NCBI GenBank assembly: GCA_052327205.1
Contig: CM126207.1
Span: 33,666,001 to 33,730,000, forward strand
Source of the DNA: Somniosus microcephalus
Lineage: Eukaryota
Direction: 5' to 3'
DNA length: 64,000 bases
Of the stretch, positions 24,412 through 36,234 are shown piece by piece. The first letter of the stretch is position 1. The number at the start of each line of letters is the position of its first letter. The position numbers and the translations under genes were made by a program. Under the pieces are notes generated by a model. That model worked only from the letters and a program-made list of their open reading frames with translations, made no database searches and was not told where the DNA came from.

Positions 24412-24713
24412 GGGGCTCCCACAATGGCTCAGCTGGTTAAGGCAGTGAGTTACTGAGCCAAGTTCAATCCCAGCCTGTGGAGACTTTGTTGATCTCAACC
24501 AGGGTAGTAATAAGGAAAATACAATTGGCCTCAGTGCCCCTGGGAGGAGAAAATCAGCCAGAGCTCTTGCTCCTCGTTGCAATCCACCTACAGCTGCTGG
24601 AAATGCACCCGCATGAACTTCAGGTGAGGGGAGAGGATTGGGCTTGGATTGAGTGCCCTCCCATAGTCAAATAGCCAGCTGGCACTCATCATCTGGGCTC
24701 ATGCATGAGGAAA
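24412..24713 (+). mobile_element. tRNA-derived SINE family B
   Basis: A box TGGCTCAGCTGG, B box GTTCAATCCC; body ACAATTGGCCTCAGTGCCCCTGG repeated elsewhere in the window. Confidence 0.75.
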
Positions 24714-24955
24714 GGACAAAAAGCCAAGCAGTTCCAGTACAGCTTCAACACTGACATCAACCCGACAATGTGAAAAATTGCCCAGGTATGTCCTGTCCAC
24801 AAAAAGCAGGACAAATCCAAACCGGCCAATTACCGCCCCATCAGCCTGCTCTTTAATCATCAGCAAAGTGATGGAAGGAATCATCACCGGTGCTACCAAG
24901 TGGCAAATAGTCACCAATAACCTGCTCACCGATGCTCAATTTGGGTTTTTTCAGG
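24714..24955 (+). mobile_element. CR1-group LINE RT fragment
   Basis: Matches the reverse complement of 29150-29380 (AQVCPVHKKQDKSKPANYRPISL..LTDAQFGF). Confidence 0.85.
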
Positions 24956-25775
24956 ATTGTTCTCCTTAGGACTGAGCTTATTGCATGAATATAGCAGAAG
25001 ATGATGCAAAGCATACTTGAGTGATTTCTATTTTGTCTGTTTATGATGGCTTACCTCATCAGAAAAACTTGCAACAATTGGGTAACTATGCGCAAACATA
25101 GCACTGATTACTGCTGTTGTTTAAAGCAAGCCAATTGCATTGGTCAAATTAGTAATGACCTGTAAACTGTAAGAAGTAAACTCCTTTCCTCATCACTACA
25201 GGGTGCCTTCTGCTGAATTGTCCAAGGAATGACATTAATGACACCCGCAAAGATGTCAATGACTTAACTGTCACAGAAAGACTGTTTATTTACCACTCAC
25301 ACCACATGATCAATAATGTGTGTTTATTGATATAGAGTCACATGAATTGATTTCCTTACTGCATGAGCAATTGTGAGATTGTTGCCTGCGATTGGGAAAT
25401 CACCATGTTAGCAATCACAGGCATGATCTGTATCCCACAATTCTGTGGCATGGTGCAGCATATCTTATAATAGCCTTTTGGGTCACTGGGCCAGCTGTCA
25501 AGTAGATAGGTTATCATCTTAAGTTATATTTTAATCATCAAAGTAGCTTTGAAGTACACTTAGAGGTGACTTTATTGTTAACGAGACATAAAAGGACTGA
25601 CTACTTAGTGTATGAACTTATTTATTTACTAAGGCTATGTTTACAGGCTACTCTGATGGAATTTTAGTGCTCGTTTCCAATAGATTCATGCCCAAGGATA
25701 GCCAAAGCAGAGTACTGGAGCTGGAGTAGATGGAATATCGACACAAAATTGCACAGAAGATAAATTAGATGTAAT

Positions 25776-25888
25776 GGGGTAGATTTTCAACTTGCCACCC
25801 GGGCATCACACTGGCATTGCGGATTGGCCACGATAGAAACCCCCTCCCCGATTTTCATTGCCCAAGCAGCAAGTTGAAAATTTACCCG
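25776..25888. mobile_element. Short Harbinger-type MITE
   Basis: TIRs GGGGTAGATTTTCAACTTGC / GCAAGTTGAAAATTTACCCG; related to 34924-35092. Confidence 0.7.
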
Positions 25889-26014
25889 AAAGTAGATTAA
25901 CAAGTACTGCCCAATACGTCTCTGGCCGAGTGCATAAATGAACTGTCTTGTCTGGCACTGAGCGACACTGATCAGGTAGGGTCCAATTTTTATTTCTGAT
26001 TTTCATGATTTAGA

Positions 26015-26705
26015 CAGTCTCAGCTAGGGTAGCAGAAGGGGCACTACAGCTGGCATCAGTGCCCCTGAACTAAGCAAAGGGAAAACTCAACGAGGGTTCT
26101 TGCTACTTATGACAGTGCAGCGATCACTGCTGGAATGTGCATGTGTGTGGTCATTGTATGAGGACAAGATTTGGCTTGGCTATGGTGCTCCTCTTGTCTG
26201 AATAGCCTGGCGACAGAGGGATACATTTTTAACTTCACTGCATAGGCAGTAATTTGGCAGAGCGGATTGAAATCTAGTGAAGGTGAAAATTCTGTCTAGC
26301 CTCACACATAAGGTCACAGATTTAAGGTGACTGGCAAAAGAACCAGAAGCGACATGAGGAAAATGTTTTTATGCAACGAGTGGTTAGATTTGGAATGCAC
26401 TGCCTGATAGGATGGTGGATACAGATTCAATAATAGCCTTCAAAAGGGAATTGGATAAATACTTGAAGGAGAAAAAAGTTGCAGAGATATGGGGGGAAAA
26501 GCGGGGGAGTGAGACTAACTAGATTGCTCTTCGAAAGAGCTGGCGCAAACTCGATAGGCCGAATGGCTTCCTTTTGTGCTGTACTACTCTATGATTCTAT
26601 AAAAAGTGTCCACTTGGATGCAATGCTCAAGGGATCCAGTGCTTGTGGAACGATACCTCGGCAGGAGTCAGTGCCTTCAGGAGTGGAGAGGAGAAAATTG
26701 GTGGG
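26015..26705 (+). mobile_element. SINE family B interrupted by a CR1 3' fragment (about 26309-26601) and a possible ~80-bp MITE (about 26218-26297)
   Basis: SINE body 26015-26215 resumes at 26605 (GTCCACTTGG..GGAGTCAGTGCCTTCAGGAG); the insert encodes WNALPDRMV..FKRELDKYL and ends CTATGATTCTAT. Confidence 0.75.
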
Positions 26706-27165
26706 GGAGGGGAGGGGGGAATGTGCACTGACTTTGTTTCCTGCTGGCTGCTACGGTGCTACTGTGTTCCTGTCTGTCTCAATGCTGCGTCTCTAACTGA
26801 GATCAGATAATAACCATGATAGTTCAATGGACAACATTTCGTAAGCGATTAGATTTCTGGAAACAATTAGTTTGGAACTCTCAGAAGAACTGGACACAAG
26901 TGTGAAAATGATACATAATAATCAAATAATATGAAAAACATTAGATTGGGTTTGGCAGCAGGGCATGCTGACACTCCAAGGCACAGCACTACAGTGTCAG
27001 TTCATGCTGATGATTCCCCACAAGGTCTGTTTCTGATCTCATTCATGTCATCTCGGAATAGAAGAAAATTAGGAGAGGTAATTACCTTGGGAAAATTCTT
27101 GTGTGTCTCTTGAGTGCAATCTAAAAGGAGCTTTGGCAGTCACCTGAGAGGTATTCCTTCCTGAT

Positions 27166-27620
27166 ACACCCATCACCCCTGTGCTCGCTGACTTACATTG
27201 GCTCCCAGTCCGGCAACGCCACAGTTTTAAAATTCTAATCCTTGTTTTCAGATTCCTCCTTGGCCTCGCCCGTCCATATCTGTGTGGCCTCCTCCAGCCC
27301 TACAACCCTTCGAGATCTCTACGCTCCTCCAATTCTGGCCTCTTGTGCATCATCAATTTTCATCGCTCCACTATTGGTCGCCGTGCCACCAATATCCACA
27401 GCTGCCTAGGACCCAAGCTCTGGAATTCCCTCTGTTAACCTCTCCACCTCTTCACCTCTCACTTCTCCTTTAAACTCACCTCTCTGACCAAGCTTTTGGT
27501 CACCTGTCCTAGTATCTCCTTATATGGCTTGATGTCAAATCTTGTTTGTTAATGCTCCTGTGAAATGCTTTGAGACTTTTTACTACATTAAAGGTGCTAT
27601 ATAAATGCAAGTTGTTGTTG
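27166..27620 (+). mobile_element. L2 LINE 3' end
   Basis: ORF LADLHWLPVRQR..FKILILVF..PKLWNSL plus (TTG)n tail. Confidence 0.9.
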
Positions 27621-27892
27621 ATATTCAGCTTTCACCCCACCCCCACCTTTTCACTTTGATTTCTGTCCCCCGCCCATCATGGCGGTTCGACCCCTGTATC
27701 CATGTAACAGGCAACATGGCAGATGGATGGGTGGTGGCATTCTTCACAAACTTTGACCTAAATGTTGCTTCATAGCTAGATGGCAGTGGGTTTGTCATTT
27801 TTCTTTTTCTTTCGATGCAAGAAATCGGCAAGCAAAAATAAAATTCAAACTTCTGTCTGTCCACATTAGCTGGAAGGGAATATATATATATA

Positions 27893-29619
27893 CTTTTTTT
27901 ATAATTCGTTTATGGGATCTGGGCGTCGCTGGCAAGGCCAGCATTTATTGCCCATCCCTAGTTGCCCTTGAGAAGGTGATGGTGAGCCGCCTTCTTGAAC
28001 CACTGCAGTCTGTGTGGTGGTGGTACTCCCACAGTGCTGTTAGGAAGGGAGTTCCAGGATTTTGACCCAGCGACGATGAAGGATCGGCGATATACTTCTA
28101 AGTCAGGATGATGTGTGACTTGGAGGGGAACTTGGAGGTGGTGGTGTTCCCATGCACCTGCTGCCCTTGTCCTTCTAGGTGGAAGAGGTTGCGGGTTTGT
28201 GAGGTGCTGCCGAAGAAACCTTGGTGAGTTGCTGCAGTGCATCTTGTAGATGGTACACACTGCAGCCACGGTACGCCAGTGGTGGAGGGAGTGAACGTTT
28301 AAGGTGGTGGATGGGGTGCCAATCAAGCGGGCTGCTTTGTCCTGGGTAGTGTCGAGCTTCTTGAGTGTTGTTGGTGTTGCACTCATCCAGGCAAGTGGAG
28401 AGTATTCCATCACACTCCTTACTTGTGCCTTGTAGATGGTGGAAAGGCTTTGGGGAGTCAGGAGATGAGACACTCGCCTCAGAATACCTAGCCTCTGACC
28501 TGCTCTTGTTGCCACAGTATTTATGTGGCTGGTCCAGTTAAGTTTCTGGTTAATGGTGAGCCCCAGGATGTTGATAGTGGGGGATTCGGCGATCATAATG
28601 CCATTGAATGTCAAGGGGAGGTGGTTAGACTCTCGTTTGTTGAAGGTAGTCATTGCCTGGCACTTCTGTGGTGCAAATGTTACCTGCCACTTATCAGCCC
28701 AAGCCTGAACGTCGTCCAGGTCTTGTTGCATGCGGGCATGGACTGCTTCATTATCTGAGGAGTTGTGAATGGCGCTGAACACTGTGCAGTCACCAGCGAA
28801 CATCCCCATCTCTGACCTTATGTTGGAGGGAAGGTCATTGATGAAGCAGCTGAAGATGGTTGGGCCTAGAGCACTGCCCTGAGGAACTCCTGCAGTGATG
28901 TCCTGGGGCTGTGATGATTGACCATCACCCACCACAACCATCTTCCTTTGTGCTAGTTATGACTCCAGCCAGTGTAGCGTTTTCCCCCTGATTCCCATTG
29001 TCTTCAGTTTTACTAGGGCTCCTTGATGCCAGACTCGGTCAAATGCTGCCTTGATGTCAAGGGCAGTCACTCTCACCTCGCCTCTGGAATTCAGCTCCTT
29101 TGTCCATGTTTGGACCAAGGCTGTAATGAGGTCGGGAGCCGAGTGGTCTTGGCAGAACCCAAACTGGGCATCAGTGAGCAGGTTATTGGTGAGTAAGTGC
29201 CGCTTGATAGCACTGTCGATGACACCTTCCATCACTTTGCTGATGATTGAGAGTAGACTGATGGGGCGGTAATTGGCCGGGTTGGATTTGTCCTGCTTTT
29301 TGTGGACAGGACATACCTGGGCAGTTTTCCACATTGTCGGATGCCAGTGTTGTAGCTGTACTGGAACAGCTTGGCTAGAGGCGTGGCTAGTTCTGGAGCA
29401 CAAGTCTTCAGCACGATAGCCGGGATGTTGTTGGGGCCCATAGCCTTTGCTGTATCCAATGCGCTCAGCCGTTTCTTGATATCACGTGGAGTGATTCGAA
29501 TTGGCTAAAGACTGGCTCCTGTGATGGTGGGGACCTTGTGAGTAGGCCGATATGGATCATCCACTTGGCACTTCTGGCTGAAGTTGGTTGCAAACGCTTC
29601 AGCCTTGTCTTTTGCACTC
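27893..29619 (-). mobile_element. CR1-group LINE, 5'-truncated, disrupted RT ORF2
   Basis: ORFs 28957..29403 and 27958..28941: ANYRPISLL, QFGF, LDIKAAFDRV, GVPQGSALGP, MFAGD (catalytic FADD mutated); A-rich tail at 27893. Confidence 0.95.
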
Positions 29620-29929
29620 AAAATAAACCACGGTGTCTTTTATATATGATTAGTAGTACACACATATATAGGATATAGTTTGTAGCAATAAAGTTATCTA
29701 ATGGATAATTTAATTCATATATAATCTGTAAATTATGTATTCTAACTGTTATAAATTTTCTTCAGAGTATGGTTACTATAATAATCACAGTAGAGTTATT
29801 ACCAATACCGTTTACTATCATTTGGCCCACCATGTCTGTGCTAGCTCTTTGCCAGAGCAATCCAGAACTAATCCCAATATCCTGATCTCTCCCTATAGCT
29901 CTGTATTTCCTCTGCTTCAAAGGTTTTTT

Positions 29930-31274
29930 TTAAAAGTCTGGGCTCTGTTCTCTGCAGCAGAGCTAGGACACATGCTTGCCCTCTGGTCAGCTGTTCTCTG
30001 GTCCATCCTTGTCCTGCCCTTGTTCCTGCTCACTTGTGTTCAGTGATCTGCCCAGTGCAGACCCCGATAGCTCACTACTTACAGTATGTGGAGTGGCAAT
30101 TTCTGAACGGGTGCTTGTCAGGGTGAAAGCGAGTGATGGTGCATCTTCAGGAGGGATCCCCCGCTCAGCATCTGCTGCAGCTTGGCCCGAGCCCTTTGAT
30201 GGATCTGGACAGAGTGGGGACTGACGAGGGTTACCATGTAGTGGCAAGGGCAAGCAGTAGCAGATGAGTGGTAGTGTTGTCATGCTAAGTATGTGAAGGA
30301 AAGTTCAGTAGAAGGAGAGAAGAAGAGGAAGATGACCAAATGCCCTGCTTCATGTGTCCTCCAGCCTTGCCACGTGCAACAATACATGCCCTCCCTCTGC
30401 CAGTGATGCCAATGGTGGCCTCCTCTATTGGTGCTGGTGCTTGCATCTCTCTCCTGATCTTGCCGTCTCGCTCTTGTTGTGTGTGAGCTCATACTGCAAG
30501 AAGAGTGGCATTGGGTTAGTGTGTTCCCTGTTGAAATGGTTGTGACGCTGTGTGAGATAGCTTACCATAGTCTACGTGCTGAGAGGAAGAAGGGGAAGTA
30601 GCTATGAGGATAGTAGCTGGTCTTAAATTTGAAAATGCAAGCAGAAGGAGGTGCGGTGAAGCCTCCTGTTGTGATTGGAGGAGGGGCATTGGAAGCTGGG
30701 GAGGGACAGATCGGTATTGCAGGGACTAGAGTGGTGCAGGGCTATGCAGAGAGTAAAAGAGATGTGAAGGGGACTATTAAACTTAGCAGCTCTGGGTGAA
30801 GCCATTAATTGTTTTCCTGCATTGGTGCCAGGTCCCTGAAGCAATGCATTTACATGGACAGCCATCTCTTTCTACTGCTACTGCACAATTAACCTGGGCA
30901 CCCGGTACTCATTACTGGGGAAGAGGATCTATCACCTGCCATTGACTTGCTATACAAGCTCCTCTGCTGCACTATCTGCAAACTTGGGACACTGGCTGCA
31001 GATAATCTTCTCGGCAGACGGTGAAAAAAGAATTCTACTATACACCATACAAAAATCCCACCTCCCCTTTAAGGGATGCAGGCTGCCTTTTAAATAACAG
31101 CAGCCCCGCTGGATTTCCTGCACTTCCAATGGGCAAGCTACCTATAGAGAGAGTGATTTAGAACTGGCCGCTCACCCTGAATATTAAAATTAAAATGGAT
31201 CGCACCTCCACTCGACTCACCACCACCCACCCCCCCCCCCGAATTAAATTACGTGATACTCGAAAATCGCCCCC
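29930..31274 (-). mobile_element. Degenerate PIF/Harbinger element with Myb/SANT-like gene remnant
   Basis: Terminus AAAATCGCCCCC at 31263-31274; minus strand 30785-30995 reads PKFADSAAEELV*QVNGR**ILFPS..KEMAVHVNA..TWHQCRKTIN (with stops and a frameshift); further exon-like pieces at about 30340-30493 and 29990-30230. Confidence 0.7.
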
Positions 31275-32647
31275 AGTGAATAGACCAGAAAGACATAATT
31301 TATTAGTTCAGAACTGAATAGCTACAATGGCATCGTTTATCTTCCTGCGTGTTTCCAGTTTTGATGCAATGCAACTACTTGATTTCTTGCAGGTAATAAA
31401 ATGGCAGACAGTTGAGAAGGGGAAGGGGGTAATTTGTTCCTTTATAACTACATCGATGAATATGATTTAATTTCACACACTGTCAGAAGTATAGAGTGAG
31501 CGCTTGATAAATCAGTTCACTTGTTGCCTCTCCATTTTGAGCAGATCTTTGCATTTTTGAAGAGAGAAGTCCTTTATGCCAAAGTAAGTCATTAAAAAAA
31601 AAAGGTGCGCTTTGAACAGGAAGTTAGGTTTACAACCATTTCCTGTCTTGCCCTGTGTCATTTGGTGAAACCTCGCTGATAAATCATCCAGCGAATGTTT
31701 CATGTTATATTTGTACAACTCTGCTTACATGATTTAAATGTAGGAATGGCATGGCTTTTTCGGTGCAGTGCATTTTTAATAAATTTAGAACAGATTAATA
31801 TGCCAGGCAAAAGCAAAATTCTGAATGAAAAACAAAAAAAAAAAAAAAATGTTTCAGCTGGGCCTGTGATCTTCTGATATTATTCATTTCTGGTGGTCTT
31901 GAATTCAGCAAACTGTTCCCAGTACTTGTCTCCAGCTCATATGATTCAAAGTTCTCCATAGGCCTGACATACAAGGGTTGGCTTGTTTTCAGTGGGTTTC
32001 CTGGACTCTCCCTCATTTTCCCTGGTGTCACTCTGCACAAAGACACTGTTGTCAAGACATTCTGGACTTGCCCCAAAATCCAAGTATTTTGAGGAAGGGT
32101 CTTGGAAATCTATCTTTTCAGTCTGTGCCTTGCACGCCAACTTATTGTTTGATAATTGTATACCTTGTTCTCAGTTTTCTTTTAGATTATAAAGTCTTCC
32201 CTCACCCCAAGCTCCAGCCAATTGAAAGATTAAATTAAAAGTAATTTTGACAGTCAAAAAAAATATTGCCTAACACCTCTGCGAACACATCTCTTTCACT
32301 CTGGCATCCTGCCTTAAAATAAATCTAATCCTTGTGAAGAAATGTCATGAAAATTCCTTTCCGTTTGGCAACATTTTCATTATTTTAATCTTCATGCCCC
32401 CTTCGCCAGAAACAGCTGTTGTGTAAATTTGTTCAGAGAGGAAAATGAGTAACTCCGAGTTCTGAGTTTCAATATTCTAAATGTTACTACACGGTGATCA
32501 CATAATAAATTTGCATAGATGTAATCTGCATAATCACTTGTAAGCAAAGTGCTTTGAAAGTGTGCGAGTCCTTGTTCATATCGAAACACAGAAGCTTCCT
32601 TTTCATTTTAGCCTTTTAAACAGTACTGTATGTTTTCCGAATGAGAT

Positions 32648-32736
32648 TTGAATGGACTCTCCACAATATATATTGAATGGACTCTCCACAATATATATTG
32701 AATGGACTCTCCACAATATATATTGAATGGACTCTC
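32648..32736. repeat. Perfect 25-bp tandem repeat, about 3.5 copies
   Basis: Unit TTGAATGGACTCTCCACAATATATA starting at 32648, 32673, 32698 and 32723 (partial). Confidence 0.95.
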
Positions 32737-34923
32737 TGCCATATATCTGGCAAGTTAATTTCCTGCCTTCCAATGGCAGCAGGAGGTAATTCAGTGAATT
32801 TAACCACTAGACCTTATTTAAATCCCACTGGTCTACTTTCTATCTGGGAGAGGCCGCAGTACGACTGCTAGCTTCCAAAGGTTGGAGGACCCCAGATTGC
32901 CCACCAGCTTCCAGGTAAGTGATGATGAGGGGGTTTCAGGAGAGTCTCAGTGGAGTGAGGTGAGTGGAGTCTGGGGCAAGGGAGGCCGTGACTTTCCTTG
33001 TGGGACCCGGAGGAGCACAAAGGAAAGTTTCTGACTTGCTTTTTAGATTCCTTCATTCTTCTGGATAGCTGCTAACTTGCTTTGATCTGGCGGGAAAGCC
33101 GCAGCGACTTCCCACTCAGGCCCAGGTTAAAATGGAATTGAGATCCTATTGACGCAGGTAGAGTTAAAATCAGTATTGTAAGGCTGGAGCATGGAAGATG
33201 TTTTCATTACTTTCACAGTATCAGCAGCAATCTAGTTACTCAGCATTCATCTACTTTGGTGATCTGCTGTATGTAGGATAGATGGTTTGCTTTGGGGAAT
33301 GTACGTAACAGTAGTGCAAGGCATAAAACTGAATTTCAATGGACAAGGAGGTAAGAGGAAGGAACTTTATTTGTGTGGAATTATAGAGAAAGAGAGATTT
33401 CAGCAAGAGAGAGAGGAAGACAGAACAACATGTGTAAGTGGGGCCTACAGAGGGAAGACCTCATTATTCTGGTCTCATTTATTTATTTTATGGAGGAAGA
33501 GTCTGTAAAGGGGCTTTACTGTAGATGGGAACTGGTCTGGCTTGTTTATCAGAGAGTGTGACTGTCTAAGTTGTGCCTACAGAGATGGACCTCAGTACAG
33601 GCTGGGGTACAGAAAATGAAGGTCTCACTGTGCACTAGTGCTGGTGTAAATTATGCGACGGAGATGGGCCTCCTTATAAACTGAGACTAATTAAGGTTTG
33701 GTCCTTTCATTGACTGAGATATTATTACGGTAACGCCACAGAAACTGTACCATATAACAGCACTCCCCTACCACCTTACACTTCTCTGATCTGTCTCTAT
33801 TAGATTTGTACTAATTTGTTTTATTCAGAGCTGAGTTGCTTCAGAGAATGGAACATTTCGCGAAAGAGATTAAAATGAACACTGATATTTTAGAACCTAA
33901 CCATACATTTCTACGGTTGTAATCTTTGGGAATGAGATTACTACACACTTGCAGTCACAGTTGTTTCTGTCTATTCAGTAATGTAATATTGTGCAGTAGA
34001 ACACATAACCTGTATCAAACTAACCCAGCTTATAATTATTTCATTTTTTAGCTTTGGGCTTTCTTAGAAATTGGTAATTAAATAACTGTGCACAAACATC
34101 TTGAAACGTATCCATCAGATGGAGCTAAAAGAAGTAAACATTTATGACAACTGCTGTAAATGTTTAAACAATTTAGCCTTCATTGGGAGTGTTAAATTTT
34201 ATTGTATGAAGTAAAACACAACTGCTTTTATTCCACTGGGGCAGCCTTCACTCTGGGCAGTAAACATTGCTCCAATAATAAGATTGCAGTCTTGTGATGC
34301 TGTAAACAATACTATTGGGAGATTTAAAGAAACGAAAGCTTTATGTAATTATTTGTGTGGGGGGGTCATTTAACTTTGAAAGGGCATTTCTCGATGGTGT
34401 AATGAAATAACAAACGGCTTTAATTATGATTGATGAAGCATAGACTTAATGCATCATGGTAAATTAGCTGCCTATTAGCAGCACCAAGATCTTCTTGAGT
34501 ATATAAAATAACATTGGGTATGAATTGAGCAAAAAAAAAGGCTTCCCGTTCTTTTTTTGTTGTTGTCATTCATCGATTAGATAAGCTGAATATTTTGCCT
34601 GAATCTCAGCATGCGACATGATGTTATTAAAACCACAGGCTGCCAGCTAAATTCCTGGGATTCTGGTGTAACGTTATGTGGGAATGTATTTCAATAATTT
34701 ATGAAGTCTCTTTGAACCTTTTTTTTTAATCAATCCCTTTAGTTTTTGCCACATCACTTATTGACATTGCCTTGTGTTTATAATAAAGTGTGAATTTGAA
34801 TGATTTTGCTTTTTTTCTTGATGGTTCTGTGAGTGCTTGTGACTGACTCCAAAGTTCTCAGCTGCAAAGTGCCACACTTGAATCTGCTAAATACCACCGA
34901 ACACTTCTGTGTTCAAATGCTCT

Positions 34924-35092
34924 AGGGTAGATTTTCAGTTTGCAGTCTGAACGCGAAACTGGCGCTGCGGATTGGTTGCCCGCTATAGAAGCCGCTCGAT
35001 TTTCATTTCTGCTCGTCTTATGCAAATGAAAAATCAAACTGCTTCGGCAACGTCAGTATTACACCCCGGGTGGCAAGTTAAAAGTCTACTCC
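34924..35092. mobile_element. Short palindromic Harbinger-type MITE
   Basis: AGGGTAGATTTTCAGTTTGC ... GCAAGTTAAAAGTCTACTCC; internal GATTTTCATTT/AAATGAAAAATC inverted pair. Confidence 0.7.
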
Positions 35093-35194
35093 TCTGTTTC
35101 AAATATTAAATATTGTATAAAAGAACTGGAGAAAGGTACAGAACTGATGAACACGTTGAAATTATGCTTTTGTAAATTTCCTCCAAGGTTGATT

Positions 35195-35590
35195 TTTTTT
35201 CCCCACTTCAATATTCCACCCTCTTCTAAAGCCACTGACTCCGATTAGGATAGAGATCACAGGTGCTAACGGTCCTCTAGTACCTCACCCAAATGACTGT
35301 ATTTCAAGTATGAGCAGAGAGAGGGAGCAGCAACAGGCTATTCAACTACAAGAGGCATCAGTGCAAAACCTGATACTATCCTCAGCTGACAACCACATAT
35401 GTAAACATTTCTGGCAGGGTTCACCGGACAAGAATCAGGTGCTGATGCCAATTGTTGCAGCCCTATCACTGTCCAATTGAGAACAGTTCATTCAACACAG
35501 AGCAAGGACTAGTCTTTGGGCCTTCTTGGTTTGTACGGCTGAGTCTCACACTCTACAGTGTATTTAACAATTTAGCCGCCAAGGGCAACA
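35195..35590 (-). mobile_element. SINE family B, degenerate
   Basis: CACTGACTCC..GTACCTCACCCAAATGAC..CAGGCTATTCAAC..CCAATTGT, collinear with the reverse complement of 24412 and 26015. Confidence 0.6.
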
Positions 35591-35617
35591 CCCCTGATTT
35601 TTGTTCACAAGTTATTT

Positions 35618-35822
35618 TCTGCTCTTAGTTCAGTCCCCCTCATGTATGCATCAAGCCTTCTCTTAAATGGAACAATGCTATCGGTTTCAACCATTCTGTG
35701 TGGCAGTGAGTTCCACATTCTCATCGCGCTTTGTGTAAAGAAGTTCCTCCGACATTCTTTATTTGATCTGTTCATGGCCATCTTACCTTTATGCCCCCTT
35801 GTTCTGGACTTCCCCACATCCA
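35618..35822 (-). mobile_element. CR1 3' fragment
   Basis: ORF 35605..35853(-) GKSRTRGHK..RRNFFTQ..WNSLP..FKRRLDAYM. Confidence 0.85.
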
Positions 35823-36234
35823 CCCTCCTATCAGCCCATCTGGAGTACTGCACTCAGTTTTGAGCACCTTGGTCCAAACAATTATCATACAAGGAGGCTG
35901 ATTGAAATTAGGTGAAATGAAAGGAGATTTACGATAAACATCAGTCTGTATATTCATTTACCATTTGTAAAGTAAACCAGTTTGTTGTTTTACATTCAGC
36001 CTCGTCTCACTAGAGCATTAATCAGTCTGCCTTTCAGAAGACTGGAGAAGATCATGTAAAGGCATATGTGAGACTAATGTACCCAGTTCCTATAACAAGG
36101 GGTGTTCATTGTTATAATCCCTCTAGATGTTGGACAGTGAAGGTCCAGATCATAAGTGGCATAGACTCTGCTTACCGGAGAACAGAACCCGAGAGATTAT
36201 CTAGAGCAAACCAAACATTTGTAACAAGCACATT

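Noticed and set aside
27958-28941. 327-aa ORF as a functional or domesticated reverse transcriptase
   Set aside because: Catalytic FADD is mutated to FAGD, upstream frames are broken, and a degenerate copy of the same family lies at 53753-55187.
31795-32076. Protein-like minus-strand ORF (RVTPGKMRESPGN...)
   Set aside because: No recognised homology, no clear donor site and no supporting neighbouring exons.
32648-32736. CRISPR-like array
   Set aside because: Units are contiguous with no unique spacers; eukaryotic context and no cas genes.
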